Of a DNA stretch of 56,804 bases, positions 30,298-39,154 are shown piece after piece (the first letter of the stretch is position 1; each line of letters begins with the position of its first letter). Origin of the DNA: Candidatus Omnitrophica bacterium UBA6215 (GTDB taxonomy: Bacteria > Omnitrophota > Gorgyraeia > Pluralincolimonadales > Pluralincolimonadaceae); the NCBI GenBank assembly GCA_002421665.1, contig DISH01000004.1, positions 447,900 to 504,703 of the forward strand, written 5' to 3'. A model generated the notes under the pieces. It had not been told where the DNA came from, ran no database searches, and saw only the letters and a list, made by a program, of their open reading frames with translations. Both the position numbers and the translations under genes were made by a program.

Positions 30298-30816
30298 CTG
30301 AAAGCCGCTGCATACTTAACCATTCTTTTCTTCTGTTCGTGCGCCGCAGCCTGTTATGCTGCAGAACCGGCGCAAGTAGTCGAATTGGACATTCCGTTGG
30401 CGGTCAAAGCGGTAAGCGCGGATGCTTCGTCTGTCATGCCTCCCGGCAAGGAAAAGGCTGAGGACCTTTCCGCAAAGAATGCCATTGACGGAAAGGTAAG
30501 TACTCAATGGGCCAGCGATCTTGGCGAACCTCAAAATATCATGTTTGACCTTGGCCGGGAGATAGCGGTAGATAAACTAATAATAACATGGGGCTCTTCA
30601 CACGCCTCATCCTATAACATAGAAGTTTCCTTAAACGGTTCCTTATGGACCGGGGTCTTCTCCACCGAATCCGGGAGGGGAGGGACGGAAACGGTTACCT
30701 TCCCGCTGTCGAAAACAAGATACATAAAATTGACGCTTCTTAAAAATGATGGTGCCGAGGGTTTCAGGATTCGGGAGATATCGGTTTACGGAAAGAAGAA
30801 ACTTATTTTATTTTGA
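30298..30816 (+). CDS. Secreted F5/8 type C (discoidin) domain protein; probable CTG start
   Basis: The track ORF starts at TTG 30385. The same frame is open back to 30292 and encodes a textbook signal peptide ((M)KAAAYLTILFFCSCAAACYA/AEP). AAGGGG lies 9 nt upstream of CTG 30298, and there is no ATG/GTG/TTG in that stretch. Discoidin-like core: NAIDGKVSTQWASD...RYIKL...EISVYG. Confidence 0.6.
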   Translation: MKAAAYLTILFFCSCAAACYAAEPAQVVELDIPLAVKAVSADASSVMPPGKEKAEDLSAKNAIDGKVSTQWASDLGEPQNIMFDLGREIAVDKLIITWGSSHASSYNIEVSLNGSLWTGVFSTESGRGGTETVTFPLSKTRYIKLTLLKNDGAEGFRIREISVYGKKKLILF

Positions 30817-30831
30817 GACCGGGAGGACAAG

Positions 30832-31770
30832 ATGGCACATGACCGCAGAAATTACGTTCCGCTCCTGTTGATCGCCGCATTTACGTTTTTTCTTTTCAAT
30901 GCAAAAATCTTTGCGGACACCATAACCATGAAAGACGGAAGGAAATTTGAGGGAGTCGTAATTTCGGAAGGTCCTGATTATTATGAGGTCAAGATAAAGA
31001 TCGGCACATTGAAATTAAAAAAAGAAAATGTGGCGGAAATAAAAACACTTTCGGCTGAAGAAAATTTCATGCAGCTCGGCAAGCGGTGTCTTGCCTCAAA
31101 AGATTTTGACGCGGCGCTTGAACAGTTCAACAAAGCGTTGAAAGTCAATCCTTCATACAAGCCCGCAATGGAAGCGATAGAGGAAACGAACAAATTACGC
31201 GATGAAGCGCTGGCTCGTAAAAAAGCGGAAGCCGATAAAAAAGAAAAAGAGATACTTGAGAAGCAGGGCATCATTGAAAAAAGTTTCGGCATCGCGCTGG
31301 CAGAAGAAAACGGAAAGGTACTGGTCTGCCGCGTAAACCCCGGCACAAGCGCAGAAGCGATCGGCGTAAAAGCCGGTGATGAGATACTGCGCATCGCGGA
31401 CCTTGATGTAAAGAACAAATCTATCAAAGATATAGCCGACTGGCTCGCGAAATCCAATGATACCACTTTTATTTTCCTGATCCAAAGAAGTGCGGAGCTC
31501 ACCAAGAAGAAGATAGATTACCAGAAATACTCATTTACAGGTATCGGGATATTCCTGGACAATTCGGGAAAGGACCTGGTGATCAACAGCGTTATAGTGG
31601 GGGAACCCGCCGACCTCACCGGGCTGAAATCCGGGGATAAGGTAGTATCATTGAACGGCAAACCCGCGGAAGGAGTCACCGTCGACGACGCTACGGCCAT
31701 AATCTCCGCCGATACCTCGCCCAAGATCGAGATAACCGTGCAGCGTTCGATCGAGTTGGAAAAGCGCTAA
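30832..31770 (+). CDS. Secreted protein with TPR-like/coiled-coil region and two PDZ domains
   Basis: Signal peptide (LLLIAAFTFFLFNAKIFA). PDZ-like blocks GIALAEENGKVLVCRVNPGTSAEAIGVKAGDEILRI and GIGIFLD..LVINSVIVGEPADLTGLKSGDKVVSLNG. Confidence 0.65.
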   Translation: MAHDRRNYVPLLLIAAFTFFLFNAKIFADTITMKDGRKFEGVVISEGPDYYEVKIKIGTLKLKKENVAEIKTLSAEENFMQLGKRCLASKDFDAALEQFNKALKVNPSYKPAMEAIEETNKLRDEALARKKAEADKKEKEILEKQGIIEKSFGIALAEENGKVLVCRVNPGTSAEAIGVKAGDEILRIADLDVKNKSIKDIADWLAKSNDTTFIFLIQRSAELTKKKIDYQKYSFTGIGIFLDNSGKDLVINSVIVGEPADLTGLKSGDKVVSLNGKPAEGVTVDDATAIISADTSPKIEITVQRSIELEKR

Positions 31771-31798
31771 ATAATACCCGAAAATCCTCAAAAAATAC

Positions 31799-31828
31799 TT
31801 GACAAATTAGCGCTTTTTGTGTTAATTT
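31799..31828 (+). promoter_or_regulatory. Extended -10 sigma-70-type promoter about 180 nt upstream of the beta-barrel gene
   Basis: TTGACA (31799-31804), 18 nt, TAATTT (31823-31828), preceded by TGT. Same architecture as the promoter at 29760. Confidence 0.5.
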
Positions 31829-32005
31829 ATACCTCAAGAAGCAAGGCTCTAACATCATGGATAGCTTCAAATTATGGCGAGAAAGGAGGGATGAATTAAA
31901 AAGCCGGAAGTTATCAAAAGCATGATGATAAGCACATAAATAGGCAAATACGTGGGTTTGAAGTTTAAACCTGTTTCGGAATATAACTAAACAGAGGAGA
32001 TAACA

Positions 32006-33637
32006 ATGAAGTTATTGAAAGTTCTCTTCGTAGCTGCGTTAGTGGTCGCGATAGCGGCTCCTACGTTCGCTGCGGTACAGAACATAAAGGTCAGCGGCTC
32101 CATAGAAGAGCGCGCGATCTACATGAACAACTTTGACTTAAGGAACAAGTCAACGGAGTCCGGGAACCAGAGATGGCCCGCTTTGGCCGCCGCTGGTATT
32201 GATGGACTCGGCGGTTCCGATGCTTCGATAAACAGCGATTCGGACAGCTTCATCCTTTCCACTATAAAGGTTGGAGTTGATTCGGACCTCACCGACAACG
32301 TATCCGCGTCCATAGTTCTGGCCAACCAGAGCAGGTGGGGCGGTGATGCCGGCACGGGTTGGGACACCGATGTAGTGGTCAACAAAGCGTTCGTAACGCT
32401 GAAAGAGTTCTTCTATCAGCCGTTGACACTTAAGATCGGTCGTCAGGACCTGGCCTTCGGAAACGGTTTCATAATCGGACCTGGTATCTTCAGGGACACC
32501 ACGGGCGCTTTCCCGAGCCCGAGAGTCGATGCCGTTCCGGACCGTTACTTGGTTGGGACCGGTTTATCGAACAACTACAACACCGCGATATCAGGACCCA
32601 AGGGTCTGCAGTACAGCGTATCGACCTACTATGATGCCGCTCGCGCGACCTTGGACCTCGATCCGTGGACCATCGATGTTATCTACTCGAAGATCGTAGA
32701 TAGCAGCTTGGACTTCGCCGCCAATGGCAACAACCCGGAAGAGTTGGCCGGTATAAACGCTGGTTACAAGTTTGACCAGTACAACTCAAACGTTGAAGCT
32801 TATTATTTCTACAAGAACGATGACAGCTTCAACTCGGACCTCGGTTACACTGATCCTGTTGATTATCAGGCCTGGGGCGGTATCTATGACGGCACCGTCA
32901 ACGGTTATGGCAACAGGATATATGACAGAAACGAAGTTAACGTATTCGGCATGAGGGGTAACATTGACCCTGTCGAGAATTTATCCCTGTCCGGCGAAGG
33001 TGCGGTACAGTGGGGTAAACTTATCGATGAGTCAGGTGTCGGAACCGTTAACTCAGATAACGTCGCTTCCGGTGATATAGAGAGGAAGAGACTTGCTTGG
33101 GCTGTCGATGTTTCCGGTAACTACCTCTGGAAAGATGTAAGCTATACGCCGAACTTCGGCCTTGGCTTCACCTATCTTTCCGGTGAAGATGCCGACAACA
33201 GCGGCAAGTTCAACGGTTGGGATCCGATGTACAAGGGTTCCTTCAAGTCGTTGATCCGTGATTACATGGCTGGTACCGGTGCCGCCTGGAATGGCGTTGG
33301 CGGTAACATCTACCAGACCCTGGATCCGGAAGATCCTTCAGGCAGCACCAACAGCATGACGCTTTATGTTGATGGTGGCCTCAAGCCCATGGAAGATCTC
33401 TCCCTCACGGCGAGATACCTCCACTTCTGGGCTGCCGAGAAGGTTACCGGCAGGTCGAGAAGCATTGGAAACGAAGTCGATGCTTCTTTGGTATACGATT
33501 ATACCGAAGATGTCCAGTTTGATCTCACCGGCGGTATATTCCTCCCCGGCGATTTCTACAAGGACAACACCGACTCGTACACCAAGAGCGATGATAACGC
33601 TATGATATTGACTGGTAGCGTTAAGGTTACTTTCTAA
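32006..33637 (+). CDS. Outer-membrane beta-barrel (porin-like) protein
   Basis: Signal peptide MKLLKVLFVAALVVAIAAPTFA/A. Alternating amphipathic Gly/Tyr/Asp-rich strands. C-terminal ...LTGSVKVTF with terminal Phe. GAGGAG SD. Confidence 0.6.
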   Translation: MKLLKVLFVAALVVAIAAPTFAAVQNIKVSGSIEERAIYMNNFDLRNKSTESGNQRWPALAAAGIDGLGGSDASINSDSDSFILSTIKVGVDSDLTDNVSASIVLANQSRWGGDAGTGWDTDVVVNKAFVTLKEFFYQPLTLKIGRQDLAFGNGFIIGPGIFRDTTGAFPSPRVDAVPDRYLVGTGLSNNYNTAISGPKGLQYSVSTYYDAARATLDLDPWTIDVIYSKIVDSSLDFAANGNNPEELAGINAGYKFDQYNSNVEAYYFYKNDDSFNSDLGYTDPVDYQAWGGIYDGTVNGYGNRIYDRNEVNVFGMRGNIDPVENLSLSGEGAVQWGKLIDESGVGTVNSDNVASGDIERKRLAWAVDVSGNYLWKDVSYTPNFGLGFTYLSGEDADNSGKFNGWDPMYKGSFKSLIRDYMAGTGAAWNGVGGNIYQTLDPEDPSGSTNSMTLYVDGGLKPMEDLSLTARYLHFWAAEKVTGRSRSIGNEVDASLVYDYTEDVQFDLTGGIFLPGDFYKDNTDSYTKSDDNAMILTGSVKVTF

Positions 33638-33650
33638 CTTAGGTTAGATG

Positions 33651-33688
33651 AAAACCCCCTGGGGCCAAAACCCCGGGGGGTTTTTTTT
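33651..33688 (+). terminator. Rho-independent terminator
   Basis: AAAACCCCC-T-GGGG-CCAAAA-CCCC-G-GGGGG followed by TTTTTTTT (nested GC hairpin plus T8). Confidence 0.85.
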
Positions 33689-33703
33689 AAAAGACCGGAC
33701 CCT

Positions 33704-34405
33704 ATGATCTCCATAATAATCCCTGTATATAACGAGAACGAAAACCTCCCGATACTGCTGGAAAAGATATCCCGCGTATTACCGGAACTTGGCGATAACA
33801 CGGAGATCCTCCTTGTCGATGACGGCTCCACCGACACAAGCCTGGAGACAATGAAAAAGCTTAAAGGCACCTACCCGCAGGTAAGAATAATATCCCTGAG
33901 CAAGAACTGCGGCCAGAGCGCTGCTTTCGACTGCGGTTTCAGTATGGCAAGGGGAGAGACCATAGTGACGCTCGATGCAGATCTCCAGAATGATCCCGCG
34001 GATATTCCCAAACTCCTGGAAAAACTCAAGAGCTGCGATATGGTTTACGGATGGCGCAGGAACAGAAAAGACCCGTTCTTAAAGCTCGTTTCATCCAGGA
34101 TAGCAAATTTTGTAAGGAATGGGCTTACCGGAGAAAACATCAAAGATACCGGTTGTTCGTTAAAGGCCTACAAGAGACATTGTCTCGATAACATAAAATT
34201 ATATGACGGGATGCATCGGTTCCTCCCGACCCTGGTCAGGATGGAAGGCTTCGCCATAGAAGAGGTCGAGGTTTCCCATAACCCTAGAAAATACGGGAAA
34301 TCGAAGTATAATATAAGGAAGAGGCTCATAAAGCCTTTCCTTGACCTGCTCGCGGTCACATGGATGAAGAGGAGACATCTCGATTATAAGGGGGAGGAGA
34401 TATGA
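33704..34405 (+). CDS. GT2 polyprenyl-phosphate glycosyltransferase (ArnC / Dpm1-like)
   Basis: IIIPVYNENENL, LLVDDGSTD, TLDADLQNDP, short C-terminal region. 233 aa. Confidence 0.85.
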   Translation: MISIIIPVYNENENLPILLEKISRVLPELGDNTEILLVDDGSTDTSLETMKKLKGTYPQVRIISLSKNCGQSAAFDCGFSMARGETIVTLDADLQNDPADIPKLLEKLKSCDMVYGWRRNRKDPFLKLVSSRIANFVRNGLTGENIKDTGCSLKAYKRHCLDNIKLYDGMHRFLPTLVRMEGFAIEEVEVSHNPRKYGKSKYNIRKRLIKPFLDLLAVTWMKRRHLDYKGEEI

Positions 34406-34683
34406 GTTCGAACCTGATTAACTTTTGGGTCATATTCGGGCTGGTGGGACAGGCCTGTTTTTCTCTGCGTTTTATAGTCCAGTGGATAGCCTCCGAAAAG
34501 AAGGGGGAGAGTGTAATCCCCACCGCTTTCTGGTATTTCAGCATACTCGGGAGCCTTATACTGCTTTTATACGCCATATACAGGAAGGACCCCGTCTTTA
34601 TACTCGGGCAATCATTCGGCAGCATAGTATATTTGCGCAACATAATGCTTATCCATAAGAAAAAACAGAATGCGCTCCAATAG
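34402..34683 (+). CDS. Small membrane protein with lipid-A-biosynthesis N-terminal (LAB_N) domain
   Basis: 93 aa, 3 TM helices. FGLVGQACFSLRFIVQWIASEKKGESVIPTAFWYFSILGSLILLLYAIYRKDPVFILGQ. ATGA overlap with the GT2 gene. Confidence 0.65.
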   Translation: MSSNLINFWVIFGLVGQACFSLRFIVQWIASEKKGESVIPTAFWYFSILGSLILLLYAIYRKDPVFILGQSFGSIVYLRNIMLIHKKKQNALQ

Positions 34684-36079
34684 CACGGCCATAGATTTCA
34701 TAATCCTGATATCCGTTTGTTTCGTGTTGTTCCTGCCGGGCATTTCGGCGAGAGGGCTTTGGTCGCCTGACGAAACCAGGTACGTAACCGTCTCCAAAGA
34801 GATGGTCGACAGCGGAGATTGGATAACCCTTCGCAGGAACGGCGAGATATACACCCAAAAACCCCCCGTCTATTTTTGGGTAGTATCACTGTTTGGAATG
34901 ATCATGGGGGGGTTTTCCGAAGTCTCGGCCCGCCTGCCGTCGGCATTGGCAGGCACCGGCACGGTCCTTATCACTTACCTGTTGGCAAGGAACCTCTTTG
35001 GTACCAGGGCCGCCCTGGTCTCAGGCCTTATACTCAGCACTTCGTTGGCGTATTTGGTCGTCTCCCGCATGGTAATGCTCGACCCCCTATTTACGTTCCT
35101 CGTAACCGCTTCGATCTACCTTCTATATATAGGGCTTTCGGGAAAGGGGAGGAAAAGGACCTTATCTTATCTGGCATCTTTCGCTCTTATGGCTTTAGCA
35201 ACCCTTACAAAGGGCCCCGTAGGCTTCATATTGCCGTTAATAGCGGCAGGCGGATATGCCTTGTCTATGGGCAAGGGGAGGGATATGCTGGACAAAGGGG
35301 CCGCATGGGGCCTTGCGCTCTTCCTGCTGATAATAGCCTCGTGGCTTATACCCGCCTGCATAAGGGGAGGGGAGGCTTACACCAACGAGCTCCTGATAAA
35401 ACAGATATTCGGCAGGTATTTGCAGGCTTTCGACCATAAAGAACCCTTTTATTACTATTTCTACGCGTTCCCGCTCGGATTCCTGCCCTGGATATTCATA
35501 CTGCCGCCGGCTGCATTGCTTTTGGCGGGTAAGCGGGCTGACCCCAGATCAAAATTCCTCATCATCTGGTTTTCAGCCATATTCCTGTTCTTCACAAGCT
35601 CCAGATCTAAAAATATACTATACATACTTCCTTTATACCCGGCGGCGGCTATCGCAACGGCCTACTACTGGGAACAAAAACTAAAGCCTCTCAAGACGAT
35701 AATTATAACCGTGGCGGTTGTGGCCGCGGTTAGCACATCGATAACATATTTCGTCATACCGCATGTAGACGTCCTGAAATCGCCTAAGTATCTTGCGGAG
35801 AGCGTCAACAGATCCGTAAAACCGGGGGATGGCCTTGTGACCTTCCGGACCAACCCTGTTTACTGGCTGTACTATTGCGGTCGCGGCAGCATGGATGAGC
35901 TGGACACAAACGAGAGCCTGGATAATTACCTGGCTTCGAGGGAAAGGGTGTTTTGCATAGTAGATCTCGCGGTATTCAGGGAATACGCAAGCACCGGCCA
36001 TAACCGCGGTTATCTGCTGGCATACACGCCTTACGGAAGCAAAAAAGCATTCGGGCTTATATCCAACAGGATGAAATGA
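34670..36079 (+). CDS. GT-C fold glycosyltransferase, family 39 (ArnT/PMT-like)
   Basis: 469 aa, more than 10 TM helices. First periplasmic loop has RGLWSPDETRY (DE motif). 14-nt overlap with the LAB_N gene. Confidence 0.8.
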   Translation: MRSNSTAIDFIILISVCFVLFLPGISARGLWSPDETRYVTVSKEMVDSGDWITLRRNGEIYTQKPPVYFWVVSLFGMIMGGFSEVSARLPSALAGTGTVLITYLLARNLFGTRAALVSGLILSTSLAYLVVSRMVMLDPLFTFLVTASIYLLYIGLSGKGRKRTLSYLASFALMALATLTKGPVGFILPLIAAGGYALSMGKGRDMLDKGAAWGLALFLLIIASWLIPACIRGGEAYTNELLIKQIFGRYLQAFDHKEPFYYYFYAFPLGFLPWIFILPPAALLLAGKRADPRSKFLIIWFSAIFLFFTSSRSKNILYILPLYPAAAIATAYYWEQKLKPLKTIIITVAVVAAVSTSITYFVIPHVDVLKSPKYLAESVNRSVKPGDGLVTFRTNPVYWLYYCGRGSMDELDTNESLDNYLASRERVFCIVDLAVFREYASTGHNRGYLLAYTPYGSKKAFGLISNRMK

Positions 36080-38259
36080 CAATGTCTAACGAACCTCTTT
36101 ACGTAGCTTTTGTCTGGCATATGCACCAGCCCTTCTATAAGGACCCGCTTAACGGCGAGACTACAATGCCATGGGTAAGGCTCCATTCGGTAAAAGACTA
36201 CCTCGACATGGCGCTGATGCTAAAGGATTTCCCGGCCATACACCAGACATTCAATATGGTGCCTTCGCTTATGGAACAGATAGAAGACATCACTGCCGAA
36301 GGTTCCAGGAAAGACCTTCCTTTTGAGTTGTCCCTTAAGCCCGCAAAAGAACTCACCGACAAGGAAAAAGCCTTTATCCTGCGCAATTTTTTCATGGCCA
36401 ACTGGGATATGATGGTCAAGCCTTTTCCCAGGTACTACGACCTGTTGGCAAAAAGGGGGATGCATTTTACCCAGGAAGGCGTCTCTTCGGCCGTAAGCAG
36501 GTTCAACAACCAGGATTATACCGATTTGCAGGTCCTTTTTAACCTGTCATGGATAGACCCCTCGTTCAGGAATAAGGACGATGAGCTCAGGTCACTTTCT
36601 AAAAAGGGCCGTTACTTTACGGAAAAAGACAAGCAGGCCGTCCTCGATAAACAACTCGAGATAATGAGGTCCATAATACCTTCCTACAAAAAACTGCAGG
36701 AAGAGGGAACGATAGAGGTGGCGGTATCGCCTTTTTACCATCCCATACTACCATTGCTTTGCGATACCGATATAGCAAGGGTTTCGCTTCCGGGCATAAC
36801 CCTGCCAAAGACCACTTTCCGCCATCCCGAAGATGCGAAAAAACAGATAGACGCCGCCGTAAAATTCTATGAGGAGCGTTTCGGAAGGCCCCCGCGCGGG
36901 ATGTGGCCCTCCGAAGGGTCGGTCAGCGACCAAGCCGTAGAGCTTATGATAGAGTCGGGGCTCAAATGGGCCGCCACGGACGAGGAGATACTCTTCAGGT
37001 CACTGCAAAGACAAAAAACACCTGAGGCCCTCTACAGGCCGTACATGGTCGAAAAAGGGCAGGGGAGGATGGCGCTCATATTCAGGGACAGGGGCCTCTC
37101 AGACGCCATAGGTTTTGTATACCAGAGCTGGCCGGCCGAGGCAGCTGCCGCAGATTTTGTCTGCAGGCTGCGTTCCATACGCGAGAAACTCCCGGATTCA
37201 GGCAGGCCTTACCTGGTGCCGATAATCCTTGACGGAGAGAATGCCTGGGAATTCTACCGCAATGACGGGATAGACTTCCTTACGTGCCTCTACAAGAACA
37301 TCCAAAACGACCAATCCCTGAAAGCTGTTACCGTCTCGGAATATCTTGACCAGTTCACTCCGCAGGACAAGCTGGACAGGATACACCCAGGCTCCTGGAT
37401 AAACGGAAACTTCTGTATCTGGATCGGACATGAGGAAAAGAACAAGGCCTGGGAATACCTTTCCGAAGCAAGGGATATGTTAAAAGATTTTGAGAAGACC
37501 CAACCTGATCCCGCAACGCTGCAAAAAGCGTGGAAAGAGATATATATCGCAGAAGGCAGCGACTGGAACTGGTGGTACGGAGACGACAATTCTTCGGCAA
37601 ATGACGACGAATTCGACAGGCTCTTCAGGATGCACCTGTCCAACGCGTATAACCTTTCCGGGAAGAAACCGCCCGAATACCTTATGGTCCCTATAAGGTC
37701 CAAAAAAACGAAGATCGCCAGAGAACCCGCCGGGTACATACGTCCGGACATAGACGGAAGGGACTCAAATTATTTCGAGTGGATAAACGCAGGGCTTATA
37801 GACGTCAGCAAACGCGGCGGGACCATGCACCAATCAGAGACCATACTCAAGAGGATGTACTTTGGTTTTAACAACGAAGGCACCCTGTACGTGAGATTCG
37901 ACCTGTCCCAGAATATCGCCGAAGACGGCATGGCCCTGAGCGTTATATTTCCGGAAAAAGGGGTCAAGCTGACCACCCCGCTGATAAAGGACAAAAAGCC
38001 CACTAATGGATATGTCATATACAAATCGTCCGGCGAGAATTTGTGGACCGAGGTGAAGAGATGCGAGGATTCGGCTTTCGAAAAGATACTTGAAATAGCG
38101 GTAAAATTCTCCGATTTCGGGGGGGCGAAGGGCGAAACGGTGAAGATGCTGGCCTCGGTGGAACAATCGGGCGCCGAGATAGAGCGTTGCCCTGAATTCG
38201 GCTTTATACAGATAACTTTACCGTCTGATAACTATGAATCTGAGCTATGGAACGTTTGA
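36076..38259 (+). CDS. Glycoside hydrolase family 57 protein (alpha-glucan-active)
   Basis: N-terminal GH57 signature LYVAFVWHMHQPFYKD, then HPILPLL, WPSEGSVS, DGENAWE. 727 aa. ATGA overlap with the GT39 gene. Confidence 0.85.
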   Translation: MTMSNEPLYVAFVWHMHQPFYKDPLNGETTMPWVRLHSVKDYLDMALMLKDFPAIHQTFNMVPSLMEQIEDITAEGSRKDLPFELSLKPAKELTDKEKAFILRNFFMANWDMMVKPFPRYYDLLAKRGMHFTQEGVSSAVSRFNNQDYTDLQVLFNLSWIDPSFRNKDDELRSLSKKGRYFTEKDKQAVLDKQLEIMRSIIPSYKKLQEEGTIEVAVSPFYHPILPLLCDTDIARVSLPGITLPKTTFRHPEDAKKQIDAAVKFYEERFGRPPRGMWPSEGSVSDQAVELMIESGLKWAATDEEILFRSLQRQKTPEALYRPYMVEKGQGRMALIFRDRGLSDAIGFVYQSWPAEAAAADFVCRLRSIREKLPDSGRPYLVPIILDGENAWEFYRNDGIDFLTCLYKNIQNDQSLKAVTVSEYLDQFTPQDKLDRIHPGSWINGNFCIWIGHEEKNKAWEYLSEARDMLKDFEKTQPDPATLQKAWKEIYIAEGSDWNWWYGDDNSSANDDEFDRLFRMHLSNAYNLSGKKPPEYLMVPIRSKKTKIAREPAGYIRPDIDGRDSNYFEWINAGLIDVSKRGGTMHQSETILKRMYFGFNNEGTLYVRFDLSQNIAEDGMALSVIFPEKGVKLTTPLIKDKKPTNGYVIYKSSGENLWTEVKRCEDSAFEKILEIAVKFSDFGGAKGETVKMLASVEQSGAEIERCPEFGFIQITLPSDNYESELWNV

Positions 38260-38271
38260 AGGATCTCCCCG

Positions 38272-38300
38272 TTGACATAAGCCGTAAATACGTATATACT
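38272..38300 (+). promoter_or_regulatory. Sigma-70-type promoter giving a (near-)leaderless PilZ mRNA
   Basis: TTGACA (38272-38277), 17 nt, TATACT (38295-38300). The ATG at 38309 is only 8 nt downstream and has no SD. Confidence 0.5.
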
Positions 38301-38308
38301 GTTATATA

Positions 38309-38809
38309 ATGAGCATAGTACTAATATCCATATTCGCAACTATAGTGTTGTTCATTATCTATATCCTTTCCTCCAGGGAAGAAAGGGATATACAGGACAA
38401 GTTCGCGGCCCACGGAAAGATAGAAGGTTATTACAGCGGCGGACCTGACAGAAGAAGAGCTGAACGTTTCAACGCCGAACTCGATGTAAAATACAACCTC
38501 CTCAAGACCCAACCTTCCAGACTCCAGACCAACAGCAAGAACATAAGCGAATCCGGTATAGCCGTCCTTGTCTATGAGATATTACCGAAAGACTCGATCA
38601 TAGACATGGATATAATGCTTCCCGGAAAAAATGAGGCTATAAAGACAAAGGGCCGCATTGCCTGGTGCGAAGACCGCAACGGCCTCGAAAGGTTCGACAA
38701 TGACGGCAAGAGGACCTTTATAGCCGGTATACAATTTGTGGATACCGAAAAGAAGCAGAGAGACCAGCTCTTATCTTACATAAATAACAACCTCGCTGTC
38801 GCCAGATGA
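38309..38809 (+). CDS. Membrane-anchored PilZ domain protein (putative c-di-GMP receptor)
   Basis: N-terminal TM helix. RRRAERF (RxxxR-type) and NISESGIAV (D/NxSxxG-type) motifs at typical spacing. Confidence 0.75.
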   Translation: MSIVLISIFATIVLFIIYILSSREERDIQDKFAAHGKIEGYYSGGPDRRRAERFNAELDVKYNLLKTQPSRLQTNSKNISESGIAVLVYEILPKDSIIDMDIMLPGKNEAIKTKGRIAWCEDRNGLERFDNDGKRTFIAGIQFVDTEKKQRDQLLSYINNNLAVAR

Positions 38810-39096
38810 GCCAGAAAGAAAAACTTAAAAAGACCCTGCTTGGACTGGGGTTCGATTGCGATGACGGCAAGAAAAGGATAACGGTCGGCAATAATTTCAA
38901 ATTATACGGCGGCTCTAAGGTTACGCACGAGATAATGACGGAAAAGGCCATAAAGTTCAACGAACACCTGAAAAAACGCGGTAAAACGATAGATAATGTC
39001 ACATCAGAAGAGGCGATGGAAATAGCCGATAAGATAGGCTTGAAACCGATAAACCAAGACAAGGAGGCGAGAGATGGCGGTACCAAAAGGGCTTAG
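38806..39096 (+). CDS. Hypothetical protein (96 aa)
   Basis: ATGA overlap with the PilZ stop and host-like composition. No motif recognised. Confidence 0.45.
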   Translation: MSQKEKLKKTLLGLGFDCDDGKKRITVGNNFKLYGGSKVTHEIMTEKAIKFNEHLKKRGKTIDNVTSEEAMEIADKIGLKPINQDKEARDGGTKRA

Positions 39097-39154
39097 GTCA
39101 AAAAGAAGAAGAAAACGTTATTCAGGCAAGGCACACAAAGGTAAGAAAAAATAA
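39074..39154 (+). CDS. 26-codon highly basic small ORF (MAVPKGLRSKRRRKRYSGKAHKGKKK); possibly a uORF or the frameshifted 5' end of the suhB-like gene
   Basis: Strongest SD in the area (AAGGAGG 39061-39067) sits 6 nt upstream of ATG 39074. The stop TAA 39152-39154 overlaps the first possible codon (ATA 39151) of the IMPase frame. The N-terminus resembles that of ribosomal protein bL32 (MAVPK..SK.R..KR...AH). Confidence 0.4.
   Translation: MAVPKGLRSKRRRKRYSGKAHKGKKK

Noticed and set aside
31857-31925. 22-codon ORF (MDSFKLWRERRDELKSRKLSKA) in the beta-barrel gene leader, considered as a leader peptide.
   Set aside because: It has no SD at suitable spacing, and I see no obvious attenuator pairing coupled to it.
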